Notes: a model not told the origin generated them from the sequence alone. Counted from the stretch's first letter, positions 7,872-16,886 are shown. The stretch is 19,915 bases of DNA from Chthonomonadales bacterium (GCA_049967475.1 JBMFSQ010000040.1:1-19915), one strand, 5' to 3'. Translations and numbers: made by a program.

Positions 7872-8735
7872 CTAGAAGCCGTTCGGCACGGAAGGGATGA
7901 GGTACTGCTCCAGGTATTTCTTGGCCATAAGGAAGCCCTCCTCGCGGCCGACGGCAGCATCTTCATGTTCCACAGAGAGCACGCCATTGTAGCCGTTGGC
8001 GCGCAACGCGGCGATATATTCACCCCAGCGGATCTTCCCTTGCCCCGGAATGACATAACGCCACCATCCACCGCCATCCTGGTTGCCCACCCACCGCTTC
8101 TTGGCCTCCTTCACCTCGGTGTCCTTCGCGTGGGTATGGAAGATGCGGTCGGCAAAGCGTTCCACAGCGTAGATGTAGTCAATATCTTGCCAAAGCAGAT
8201 GGGAAGGATCGAAGTTCAACCCGAAGTTCTTGTGGGGAACCACTTCGAACAAGCGCTCCCAATGCCCAAGATGCTGGATATTGGTGGCATACCAGTTCTC
8301 CAAAGCGATCTTGATGCCCTTGCGCTCGGCATACTCCACAATCGGAGGGAAGACTTCGGCACAATCCTCCTCAATGGTCTTCATCTTCGTCTTGCCGGGA
8401 ACCGGATGGCCGGCCAGGGTACACACCACATCCACTCCCAGAAGAACCGCAGCATCAATCGCCTTGCGCACGACGTCGTTGTTGGCCTTGCGCTTCTCGG
8501 GATCGGGATCCGTGTTGTTCGTGTACGCTGCCAGCGACGATATTACCAGGGCGCGGCGCTCCATAAGCGTCTTCACGCGCTCTGCATCCGCCTCTGAGAA
8601 GTTCGTCAGGTCAATGTGGCTGCTTCCAGGTCTGGCGATGACCTCCAATCCTCCGAAGCCATACTCTCCGGCGAAGGCAACTACCTGTTCCAAGCTCTCG
8701 TTGCCGAATGGCGCAGTGAGAATCCCTACATACAT
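7872..8735 (-). CDS. Sugar phosphate isomerase/epimerase family (xylose isomerase-like/AP-endonuclease-2 TIM barrel)
   Basis: Start at MYVGILT with SD AAGGAG just upstream on the minus strand. Metal-ligand motifs IALEN, NFDPSH, HTHAKD and LSVEHED. Confidence 0.92.
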   Translation of the reverse strand: MYVGILTAPFGNESLEQVVAFAGEYGFGGLEVIARPGSSHIDLTNFSEADAERVKTLMERRALVISSLAAYTNNTDPDPEKRKANNDVVRKAIDAAVLLGVDVVCTLAGHPVPGKTKMKTIEEDCAEVFPPIVEYAERKGIKIALENWYATNIQHLGHWERLFEVVPHKNFGLNFDPSHLLWQDIDYIYAVERFADRIFHTHAKDTEVKEAKKRWVGNQDGGGWWRYVIPGQGKIRWGEYIAALRANGYNGVLSVEHEDAAVGREEGFLMAKKYLEQYLIPSVPNGF

Positions 8736-9146
8736 TGTGTGAAGTCTCCTTTGTGGGCGCCCGTACTGTCCCTTCCCGAACCTGGCGCTCTTCCAGCTCC
8801 CGTGGCCGGGCCGTTCGTTTCGGCGGTGCCTGCCCAACACATAACCGCGTCCGGCCGCAGCCGGTTTCAATCCTGATTATCGTACCCTGTGAACGGCGTC
8901 AGGAGGCCACCCCTGCACAGGAAACTCCAAAAGGTCTGTCCGCCGAATTACAGCCGGGATGCCGGTGCGCCTCCGAACGGTACTATGGCATGGGCTCCGT
9001 GGGAACTCCGTTGCGAAGGAACCCCGTGTCCCCATGGAGAACCCTGCACAGAAGCGCCATCAGATCGCCTCTGTGAGGCGTAGGACCTGCCATACGCCAG
9101 GGCCTTAGGGTGCGCCTGCCCAAAACAGCATCGCCGGGAGGAGCGA

Positions 9147-12100
9147 TTGTACTCTGCGATACGAATACTGGCTGCCGCGTGGCTTCTGGTGGCTGGACCG
9201 CCGCCGGACACTCATTCCCTCGCTCTGCAATGGTCCAATCTCGAAGGGGTCTGGATCTTCCGCACAGATCCCAGCGATGAAGGCGAAAAGGCAGGGTGGC
9301 AACTTCGTGAGGCGCCGGAGGATGGCTGGAGGCCCATCCGCGTGCCGGGTTATTGGGAAGAGCAGGGGGTTACCGATCCTCGCCCTGGCCGGCCTCCCAA
9401 GCCGAAGGACGGCATGCCTTGGACGGACTACGACGGCGTGGCCTGGTACCGCCTGCACGTGACCGTTCCCGCATCGTGGCGGGGGCAGAACCTGGTGCTC
9501 TTCTTGGGCAGTGTAGATGACGAGGACCGCACGTTCTTCAACGGAAGGCTCGTGGGCGCCACCGGACCCGGGGTTGAGCGCGCGGTGACGGTGCAGCGCA
9601 GGTACACCATCCCTGCCGGCTTGGTGCGCTTCGGCGGCGAGAACGTGCTGGCTGTGCGGGTTTTCGACGGAGGCGGGCCCGGCGGCATTGTGGGCCCTTT
9701 GGTGAGCTTGCTTCCACAAAAGGCGGTGAAGGAGATGCAAATACTTCCCAGCGGGTCCCGTCCGCTCAAGGAACGCTTCGCGAACCCCCCGGCAGACGCA
9801 CGCATCCTGAAGATCATCCACTCGTGGCCGGATGGAGCAGCAAACCAGGAGGCGCTCATCCAGTCCCTCATCGCCCAAGGCTTTGGCGGCGTGGTCTGTA
9901 ATGTGTCCTTCACCGACTATCTGGTGAGCGAGGCCAAGTGGCAGGAGTTCGTCCATGCGGTTAAGGCGGCGAAGGCCGCCGGCATGGCCCTTTGGCTCTA
10001 CGACGAGAAGGGCTATCCTTCAGGAGTGGCCGGAGGGCTCACCCTTCAAGGGCACCCTGAGTTGGAGGCGCAAGGGCTGCTAGTCGCTTCGGCTGATAGC
10101 AAGGGCGGCGCCGTAACGATGAAGCTTCCGCCGGGGGAGATGGTCCTGGCCAAGGCCTTTCCGCAAAAGGATGGAGCAATCCAATTGTCCGGCGCGTTGG
10201 ACCTTGCCCGCTACGTGCGGGACGGCACCCTCCAAACCGATCTGCCTCGAGGGGATTGGCGCCTCGTCGCTGTCACCCGGAACCGCCTGTACGAAGGAAC
10301 GCATGCCGCCTTGAGCCTGGCGGACAAGCTCCCCTACATCAACCTCCTCGATCCCCAAGCTACCGATCGCTTCCTCGCGTTGACGCACCAGCGCTATGCC
10401 GAGCATCTGGGGAGCAATCTCGGCCGGTACTTCCAGAGCACATTCACAGACGAACCCTCGCTCATGAGTATGTTCCTCCGGCCCATGCCCTGGAGCGTCC
10501 TTCCTTGGGCACCGAACCTGGCCCACGAATTCCTCGTACGCCGCGGCCGGCCCCTGGAGCCGTTGCTTCCGGCGTTGATTGCCGACGCCGGGCCGGGCAC
10601 TGCCAAGGCGCGCTACGACTTCTGGCGTACTGTAGGCGACCTCGTGTCCGAAAATTACTTCGGGCGCATCCAGGCATGGTGCCACGCCCATGGCATTAAA
10701 TCCGGAGGTCACCTGCTCTACGAGGAACCGCTCCTTCACCACGTGCCGCTTTATGGGAATTTCTTCCAGTGCGCACGCCGGCTGGACGCCCCGAGCATAG
10801 ATTGCCTCACGAGTGTCCCAGCCGAAGTGCCATGGTTCATCGCTCGCCTCATCAGCAGCGCGGGGGAACTCGAGGGACATACTCAAACCATGTGCGAAAC
10901 CTCGGATTTCGCCCAGGTTTATCGCCCTTCCGGCGACACCCGGCCTGTGTACCACGTGTCCGAGGACGAGATCCGGGGAACCTGCAACCGCCTCATGTTT
11001 GGGGGCATCAACACAATTACGAGCTACTACACGTTCAATGGCCTTACCGCCTCCCAGCTTCAGCGCATCAACCGATACGTGGGACGTTGTGCAACGATGC
11101 TGCGGGGAGGCCATCAGGTAGCGGATATTGCGCTGCTGTATCCCGTCGAGAGCGTGTGGCCTCGATATGTGCCCTCCAGCAATGGGCCCACAACATCGCC
11201 GGACGCTGCCCGAGTGGACTACGCCTACCGCATGGCTTTGGACGGCCTCTTCGCTGCGCATCGTGACTTTACGTTTGTGGACAGCGCGACGCTTGCGCAG
11301 GCTAGCGTGGAACGGGGTGTCCTGCGGTACCGCGAACTGCAGTGGCGTGTGGTGGTGCTGCCCGGTGCGGACACGCTGCCGGTGCCGGTGTGGCGCAAAC
11401 TGCTGCGCTTCGTGAAGACAGGGGGCATCGTTATTGCCGTCGGAACGCTTCCTGCCAATTCGGACGTGGAGTTTCCGTGTGCCGAGGTGCGGCTGATTGG
11501 GCGTAAGATGTTCGGAGAAGGGAGCGAAAGCCGCGTTCAGACGAATGCTTCGGGCGGATCCGGCATCTACCTGGCCCGGGGTTCCGAGAGCCTTCTGGCG
11601 ACGGTCCTCGCTTCCGTGCTCGAGCCCGACGTCGCGGTACCACCCGCCTCGCCCATCCATGCCACACATCGCCGGATAGGCGATCACGACGTCTATTTTG
11701 TAATCAATGACAGCCCGAAGCCGTGGCGCGGGCGCGTACGAGTGGCGGCCAAGGGCCAGGGTGAATTATGGGATCCTGCCACAGGCGGAGTAACGCCGCT
11801 ACCGATGGTGGCAGGGGTGAGCCTTGATTTGCCGGCCTACGGCGGGGTCTTCCTCAGGTTCCCGGGAGCGCGGCTGCCGCGGCGCCGGCGGCTCCAGACA
11901 GGTGCGCTGCCCGGCATCACTGCAGAGCCGATCCCTTCGATCGAGCCCCAGGTGGGCAAGGGCGAATACGTAGAAGCCCAGATCCAGGCCTTCGAGGCGC
12001 CGTGGGCGCAGGGGCGCCGGGCTTGGCGAGCCCCGGCGCGTCTCACGCGCTCCGGGGTGGACACGTTCCTTTTTCTGAACTTCCCCTTCGCCCCGCCCGC

Positions 12101-12437
12101 AGATCTCAGCGGCGCCGACGGCCTGGCGTTGGACACATGGGTTCCCCCCAGCCAGCATACTCCGAGCGAACTGCTCGTGATCCTCCACGAGCGCGATGGC
12201 GGCCAATACTTGGCCCGAACCGGCCGGTTACTGTCCGAAGCGGGAAGCGCCCGCAGCATCGTTCTTTTCAATCAGTTCCGCCCGGCGGGATGGGCGCATG
12301 ATCCCAACGGCCGGCTGGATTTGGACCAGATTGTGGGCATCAGCATCGGTTGGGGAGGTTATCTTGGCGCTCAAGGCGAGCAGGTGGAATTTGCTGTTGC
12401 CGCTCCTGAAGCCGTACATGTCGGCCGCCCGCGCTAA
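9147..12437 (+). CDS. Secreted multidomain glycoside hydrolase: GH2-N-like sugar-binding domain, GH106-like (alpha-L-rhamnosidase-like) core, C-terminal CBM-like domain
   Basis: TTG start with SD GGAGGAG and a hydrophobic N-terminus. N-terminal module YDGVAWYR / LGSVDDEDRTFFNG / GENVLAVRVFDGGGPGG. Core motifs LWLYDEKGYPSGVAGG, FTDEPS, GGHLLYEE, PSIDCL, MCET, DIALLYP and ELWDPATG. C-terminal beta-rich domain with DLSGADGLALD, LHERDGGQY and NGRLDLDQI. Confidence 0.85.
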   Translation: MYSAIRILAAAWLLVAGPPPDTHSLALQWSNLEGVWIFRTDPSDEGEKAGWQLREAPEDGWRPIRVPGYWEEQGVTDPRPGRPPKPKDGMPWTDYDGVAWYRLHVTVPASWRGQNLVLFLGSVDDEDRTFFNGRLVGATGPGVERAVTVQRRYTIPAGLVRFGGENVLAVRVFDGGGPGGIVGPLVSLLPQKAVKEMQILPSGSRPLKERFANPPADARILKIIHSWPDGAANQEALIQSLIAQGFGGVVCNVSFTDYLVSEAKWQEFVHAVKAAKAAGMALWLYDEKGYPSGVAGGLTLQGHPELEAQGLLVASADSKGGAVTMKLPPGEMVLAKAFPQKDGAIQLSGALDLARYVRDGTLQTDLPRGDWRLVAVTRNRLYEGTHAALSLADKLPYINLLDPQATDRFLALTHQRYAEHLGSNLGRYFQSTFTDEPSLMSMFLRPMPWSVLPWAPNLAHEFLVRRGRPLEPLLPALIADAGPGTAKARYDFWRTVGDLVSENYFGRIQAWCHAHGIKSGGHLLYEEPLLHHVPLYGNFFQCARRLDAPSIDCLTSVPAEVPWFIARLISSAGELEGHTQTMCETSDFAQVYRPSGDTRPVYHVSEDEIRGTCNRLMFGGINTITSYYTFNGLTASQLQRINRYVGRCATMLRGGHQVADIALLYPVESVWPRYVPSSNGPTTSPDAARVDYAYRMALDGLFAAHRDFTFVDSATLAQASVERGVLRYRELQWRVVVLPGADTLPVPVWRKLLRFVKTGGIVIAVGTLPANSDVEFPCAEVRLIGRKMFGEGSESRVQTNASGGSGIYLARGSESLLATVLASVLEPDVAVPPASPIHATHRRIGDHDVYFVINDSPKPWRGRVRVAAKGQGELWDPATGGVTPLPMVAGVSLDLPAYGGVFLRFPGARLPRRRRLQTGALPGITAEPIPSIEPQVGKGEYVEAQIQAFEAPWAQGRRAWRAPARLTRSGVDTFLFLNFPFAPPADLSGADGLALDTWVPPSQHTPSELLVILHERDGGQYLARTGRLLSEAGSARSIVLFNQFRPAGWAHDPNGRLDLDQIVGISIGWGGYLGAQGEQVEFAVAAPEAVHVGRPR

Positions 12438-12609
12438 AGACACGGCGTTTTGCGGGCGGGCCGGGATGGGGCGGAAACATTCGTGCGGTGTCTCGGGCGA
12501 CATTGTGCGGCAGGCAGCGGAAACCTTTGCCTCTCATGCAAGGTAGGATAGAGGGTATCATGATCCCGGCGCCTGCGCAGGGTGCCGCCACAAGGAGCAT
12601 AGGTGCACC

Positions 12610-13116
12610 ATGGCCCGAATGGTTCGTTCGCGCCCGCGTGCGAGCCGCGGCATCGGCGAATTCCTATCCGAATGGTTCGTTTATATCGTGATTATCGCCG
12701 GGCTCGTTGCGGCCGGCCGATGGTACTTCCTCGTCTATCTGCCGGGCCCCAGCCACGCTCTGAGTGTGTACCTCAATGCGGTGGGTTCGGGCGATTACCG
12801 CACTCAATACCAGATGCTGAGGGCTGCCGAGAAGCGTTTCTACGGGGATGCCGGCGCCTACGACAATAAATGCCCCCTGGGCCATGGTTTGGCTGCCCGC
12901 GTAGAGAACTTCACCATCACCAAGATGACTGAAAACGGCAATCACGCTGAAGCCGATGTGTCCATGGTGATCCGCAGAACCGGCGAGAAGATCTATCAGT
13001 CCGCTACGGACACCTACACCGATCATTACGTACTCGTTCATGAGGCGGACGGCTGGAAGGTGGCGCTGGCTGCCTCCAAAATCCAGTCCCTTGCGGCCAT
13101 AAGTACCGGGCGCTGA
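12610..13116 (+). CDS. Membrane-anchored hypothetical protein with NTF2-like/DUF4878-type extracytoplasmic domain
   Basis: TM segment WFVYIVIIAGLVAAGRWYFLV, then PSHALSVYLNAVGSGDY and C-terminal YVLVHEADGWKV. AAGGAG and AGGTG upstream. Confidence 0.75.
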   Translation: MARMVRSRPRASRGIGEFLSEWFVYIVIIAGLVAAGRWYFLVYLPGPSHALSVYLNAVGSGDYRTQYQMLRAAEKRFYGDAGAYDNKCPLGHGLAARVENFTITKMTENGNHAEADVSMVIRRTGEKIYQSATDTYTDHYVLVHEADGWKVALAASKIQSLAAISTGR

Positions 13117-13179
13117 AAGGCGCGTGTGCACCCGGACCGAGCCTCCCCGCCTCCGCCCGGCGGTAGAAAGGAGCAGGCG

Positions 13180-14235
13180 ATGCAGTGCCCAAAATGCGGT
13201 GCAGCAGTGAAGGAGGGCGCGGTCGAGTGCCCCATCTGTTTTGCCCCGCTGCACGATGAGGATGTGATGCCTGGCCTGGCGCCCGGTGCCGGACTTGGGT
13301 CGGTGCATCAAATGGCTCTGCCGAAGGAAGAAGAGTACATGCCCGCGGCCGGCATCCCCGGAATAGACCGCCCGGGCCAACCTGCTCCGCCTCGACCCAA
13401 CTACCTGGCGCCTGATGCCGAGCCTGCGGCGCCGCTGCCGAATTACCTCACAGGGACGCAGCCTCAATCCCAGCCGCTTGCCGGAGCTGCCCCAGGTGCC
13501 GGTGTTCGGGTGTCCCTTACCGGCGAAGTGATCCCTGAGCCTCCGCCATCTCCACAGCCTGCCGGTCCGTCGTACGGTCCTCGACCTGTTGCAGGAGGAC
13601 CGGTGCCGCCGCGCACAGCAGCCCGCCCTGGAATGCCGGGCCAGCCTCCCGCACGGCCCGGAGCGCAGGCTTCCAACGTGATCCCTGCGCGGCGGTCCCA
13701 TGGAAGAGCCGAGGCGCGTTCCGGCGGCAATGGGGCGGCCCTGGTAATTATCGTGCTGATCCTTCTCGCCGCTGCAGGAGGCGGGGGTTGGTGGTGGTGG
13801 CAGCAGAAGCAGCGCGCCCCAGGCACGGCGCTGGAAAAGGCCCTCACAGCCTTCAAAAACCGGGACTACAAGACGTTCTACAACTCAATTGCTTGGCCGG
13901 AGGGGCAAAAAAGTTCTGCTACGGAGGCGGTTTTCGAGCAGGTTATGTCCACCATGGGCAATATGCTGACGCTGAAGGACTTCAAGATTGGTGAGATCCA
14001 GAACAATGGGGACACGGCCAGCGTCACCGTAACCCAAACGGTGTCCTTCAGTGGTCCGCTGGCTGCGCTTGCCGGATCCGAGCGAACCAGCACGCAGCAG
14101 GTTCATATGAAGCAGGTAAACGGCGAGTGGAAAATGGATCCCACTGTGGGCGAGGGCGTCATGCAGCAACTCGCCAACGCCCGGAAAGCTGCTTCAGGCG
14201 CAGCCAAGAGCGCCGGCCGTTCTCGCAAGCGGTAA
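13180..14235 (+). CDS. Zinc-ribbon / proline-rich / single-TM / DUF4878(NTF2-like) membrane protein
   Basis: ATG 13180 with SD AAAGGAG. CPKC-x10-CPIC ribbon, long Pro/Gly/Ala linker, TM ALVIIVLILLAAAGGGGWWWW, and C-terminal ALTAFKNRDYKTFY...NGDTASVTV...MKQVNGEWKMD. Confidence 0.85.
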   Translation: MQCPKCGAAVKEGAVECPICFAPLHDEDVMPGLAPGAGLGSVHQMALPKEEEYMPAAGIPGIDRPGQPAPPRPNYLAPDAEPAAPLPNYLTGTQPQSQPLAGAAPGAGVRVSLTGEVIPEPPPSPQPAGPSYGPRPVAGGPVPPRTAARPGMPGQPPARPGAQASNVIPARRSHGRAEARSGGNGAALVIIVLILLAAAGGGGWWWWQQKQRAPGTALEKALTAFKNRDYKTFYNSIAWPEGQKSSATEAVFEQVMSTMGNMLTLKDFKIGEIQNNGDTASVTVTQTVSFSGPLAALAGSERTSTQQVHMKQVNGEWKMDPTVGEGVMQQLANARKAASGAAKSAGRSRKR

Positions 14236-14304
14236 GGCTTGGGAAACGCCCATCGGCGGGACCGTTATGGGGTTCCTCACAAAGAGCGCTGAACGGTACG
14301 CGAA

Positions 14305-15177
14305 CTACAGCAGCCCAACCGCTTGCACCTCGCCGATGAGGTTTTGCTCTTCCTCCGGTGTCAGGTCCACCAGCGGCGGCCGCACGTGCAGGCGCGGAAG
14401 CCCCCTGCGGGCCATGATGCTCTTGTTGGCTGGGATCAACCTGTAACGCAGCACCAGGTCTATTGCTCCGTTGAGTGCCTTCTGCGCCGCTTCCACATCG
14501 CCGTTGGTGCAGGCGGCAGCTTTGACGGCCACCACCTCATGTGGGAAGGCGTTTGCCGTTCCCGAGATGCCTCCCACTGCGCCGGCTAGGAGCGATCTTC
14601 CCAGGGTGTAATCATCCCCTGCAAAGATGCGCAGGCGAGGACTTCGGGCCAGGAACTGCTCGGTGTGCTCCCAATTGCCCTCGCTGTCTTTCACGCCGGC
14701 CAAACGAGGATGCCCTGCAAGCAGATCGAGCACCTCCTCAGACACGGGCACCGCAGAGAATTGAGGAATGTGGTAGAGGTACACAGGTAGGCTTGCCGCG
14801 TCCAGCACCTTGCGGAAGTAATCGGCTACGCCCTCGGACAGAACGTGCTTGAAGTAGAACGGGGGCAGCACCAGAGCCGCATCTGCGCCCACCTGAGCGG
14901 CGTGGCAGGTAAGCTCGAGAGCATCTGTAAGGCTGCAAGCTCCCGTGGCAGCGACGACGCGCAAATTCCCGCGGTGTCTCAGCACCTCCTCGAGGAGTGC
15001 CTTGCGCTCGGCCACAGAGAGTGAGGGGCCTTCACCGTTCGTGCCGCACACTACCACTCCATCTACCCCCGCAGCCTGCTGGTAGGCCAGAAGATCCGGA
15101 ACCACGTCCAGCCAAAGTTCACCGCTGCTTCGGAAGGGCGTTACGATCGCTGTCAGAATGCCGTCCAGGGCTTCCAC
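14305..15177 (-). CDS. Dihydrodipicolinate synthase/N-acetylneuraminate lyase family class I aldolase (probably not true DapA)
   Basis: GTG at 15177 with SD GGAGAGGAG. Motifs GILTAIVTPF, GTNGEG, LPPFYFK, YLYHIPQ (catalytic Tyr) and GVKDS (Schiff-base Lys). Confidence 0.9.
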   Translation of the reverse strand: MEALDGILTAIVTPFRSSGELWLDVVPDLLAYQQAAGVDGVVVCGTNGEGPSLSVAERKALLEEVLRHRGNLRVVAATGACSLTDALELTCHAAQVGADAALVLPPFYFKHVLSEGVADYFRKVLDAASLPVYLYHIPQFSAVPVSEEVLDLLAGHPRLAGVKDSEGNWEHTEQFLARSPRLRIFAGDDYTLGRSLLAGAVGGISGTANAFPHEVVAVKAAACTNGDVEAAQKALNGAIDLVLRYRLIPANKSIMARRGLPRLHVRPPLVDLTPEEEQNLIGEVQAVGLL

Positions 15178-16231
15178 GTTTCCTGCTCCTCTCCACTGTG
15201 TCCCAAAGGATCTTCGCCACACGCTCTGTGCCGCGACCGTCCACAAGGGTTGGCCCGGCCTGTGTCATGGTCCGGCGTACATCGGGCTCATGGACCAAAG
15301 AAAGCACCGCCTGGGCAATCGCCTCCGGCTCCACTTTGTGCCCATATCCAAGCGTCCGCAGCGCCCCCTTGCGGGCTAATCGCTCCGCCAGCTCTACCTG
15401 GTGGTCTATGGGCTGGCATACCGCCAGTGCAGGCGCCCCCACACAGCACACCTCGTACATCGTGAGGCCGCCGGCCACGATGCACAGATCCGCCTCCAGG
15501 TATCGTTCCAACAAACGTGGAAGGCCCACGTGGATCACCGCCTGCCAAGGAGCCCCGGCGACGGCTTCATCCAACTGGGTGCGGTGCGGGAACGCAGGGC
15601 CTGTAGCAAACTCCACTATTTCCACGTTAGGTACGCTTCGCAGAGCGCGGGCAACCTTTACGGTGAGACCAGCCGCATCGGCTCCGCCCATGGCCACGAG
15701 GATGCGTGTCGGCACTCCCGCAGGACGCCGGTACGCGCCGTGGGCGTTGGCGTAGGCGGGATCCAGCACCGCATAAGCCGGCCCCTCGTAAAGGTGTACG
15801 CTGGCGGGGAGCGCCGAAGGATTGGGCTCCTGGATCAGCGTGTTGATTAGAGCGCAAGCGTACGCGCGCCCCGGCCCGCGATCGTCAAACGTCACGATGG
15901 GGAAGCCGCAATCGGCCAGCACCTCCATATCGGCTGCCGGCGTGTCCAGCATATCCACCACTACCAGGTCCCACTCCTGGCGGCGCAGCAGCGGCAGCAG
16001 GGTAGCAACCTCGAAGTGAGGCTTGACGGATTGCGGATCCCGCACAGGGGGAAGTTCATAAATGCGGGCAGGAACCCGGGCGGCTAGGCGCAGTGCAGCC
16101 TCATCCGATGCTGTGGCGAGCACCGCATCCACATGCGCGCGGGAAGAGATCTGTTGGAGCAGGCGGAGTGCGCGAAAGATATGTCCTGTGCCGATGCGAG
16201 CACCTGCGTCGGCACGGTAAAGGATCCTCAC
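15119..16231 (-). CDS. PseG/SpsG-like GT-B fold UDP-sugar hydrolase/glycosyltransferase
   Basis: GTGA overlap with the DUF1992 stop (16228-16231). Motifs RADAGARIGTGHIFR (PseG-type catalytic His), IVTFDD, YEGPAYAVL, ILVAMGGAD, ADLCIVAGGLTMYE and LVDGRGTERVA. Confidence 0.88.
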   Translation of the reverse strand: MRILYRADAGARIGTGHIFRALRLLQQISSRAHVDAVLATASDEAALRLAARVPARIYELPPVRDPQSVKPHFEVATLLPLLRRQEWDLVVVDMLDTPAADMEVLADCGFPIVTFDDRGPGRAYACALINTLIQEPNPSALPASVHLYEGPAYAVLDPAYANAHGAYRRPAGVPTRILVAMGGADAAGLTVKVARALRSVPNVEIVEFATGPAFPHRTQLDEAVAGAPWQAVIHVGLPRLLERYLEADLCIVAGGLTMYEVCCVGAPALAVCQPIDHQVELAERLARKGALRTLGYGHKVEPEAIAQAVLSLVHEPDVRRTMTQAGPTLVDGRGTERVAKILWDTVERSRKRGSPGRHSDSDRNALPKQR

Positions 16232-16812
16232 GGTAAACTCACCTTGCCATCGCCGTAGCGGTAGAGGGAATAGGCTGCGGCTCGCAATGTGCCCTCGCGC
16301 GAAGCCGAGGGATGCGATGCATACCGCATGACGCCTGGGAGGGAAGGGAAGGCTCGATCGAAGCGCTCCGCCTCCGCCGCGGCACTGAGGGGTTGATGGA
16401 CCCGCTGGATGCGGGGACCGTGATAATTGAGTTTGAGAATGGCGGTATTCACGCGGCCCACAGCCTCCAGATACTCGGCACGAGCGCGGGCGATCCATTG
16501 GCTGAAGCTGCGGCAATCCTCAGATCCTGCATCGCCGGCCGCTTCCTGCAAGCGGGCCCTGCGAACAGGATACAGGCGCTCTGTCTGAGCCCAAAGTTGT
16601 GCGCACTCACTCCGGGCTGCCGCAATCTCCTCCTCCAAAAGCGCCCACTCCGGCGGCACACCGGCATTCCGCAGGATCCGAAGATGCATCGGGATGCCCG
16701 CATCCTTATCGAGATCCAGAGGACAGCCTTTGCCTGGCAGGTCCGTGAACTTGCCTTCGGCGATGGCTTCTTCTATCTTGCGCTCGGCAATCAAAGCGAG
16801 GTCGAACTCCAT
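16228..16812 (-). CDS. DUF1992 / DnaJ-related (DNAJC28-like) domain protein
   Basis: ATG 16812 preceded by GAAGGAAGG. Signature IAERKIEEAIAEGKFTDLPGKGCPL...RILRNAGVPPEW and later RVNTAILKLN. Confidence 0.85.
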   Translation of the reverse strand: MEFDLALIAERKIEEAIAEGKFTDLPGKGCPLDLDKDAGIPMHLRILRNAGVPPEWALLEEEIAAARSECAQLWAQTERLYPVRRARLQEAAGDAGSEDCRSFSQWIARARAEYLEAVGRVNTAILKLNYHGPRIQRVHQPLSAAAEAERFDRAFPSLPGVMRYASHPSASREGTLRAAAYSLYRYGDGKVSLP

Positions 16813-16844
16813 GACCCTTCCTTCGAATGGCATGCCTAAATTGC

Positions 16845-16880
16845 AGTATACCCGTCCTTCCTCGGCACGTCGGTTATAAT
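16845..16880. promoter_or_regulatory. Divergent -10 elements for the DUF1992 operon (minus) and hemW (plus)
   Basis: TATACT on the minus strand at 16850-16845 and perfect TATAAT on the plus strand at 16875-16880, within a 74-bp intergenic gap. The -35 boxes are poor. Confidence 0.6.
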
Positions 16881-16886
16881 ACGAAC

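Noticed and set aside
10080..11687. 535-aa minus-strand ORF (also 9105-9956)
   Set aside because: Antisense shadow of the GH106-like gene. It has no recognisable motifs, and such ORFs are expected in high-GC coding DNA.
13330..13700. Low-complexity CCG/GCC-rich stretch as a DNA repeat or CRISPR array
   Set aside because: Explained by Pro/Ala/Gly codons of the linker; there are no regularly spaced identical repeats.
14305..15177. dapA or nanA gene symbol
   Set aside because: Lacks the GTTGE/GSTGE motif and the DapA substrate-binding Arg, so only a family-level call is supportable.
16813..16886. CIRCE/HrcA operator near hemW-htpX-DUF1992
   Set aside because: No TTAGCACTC-N9-GAGTGCTAA-like repeat is visible here or before htpX.
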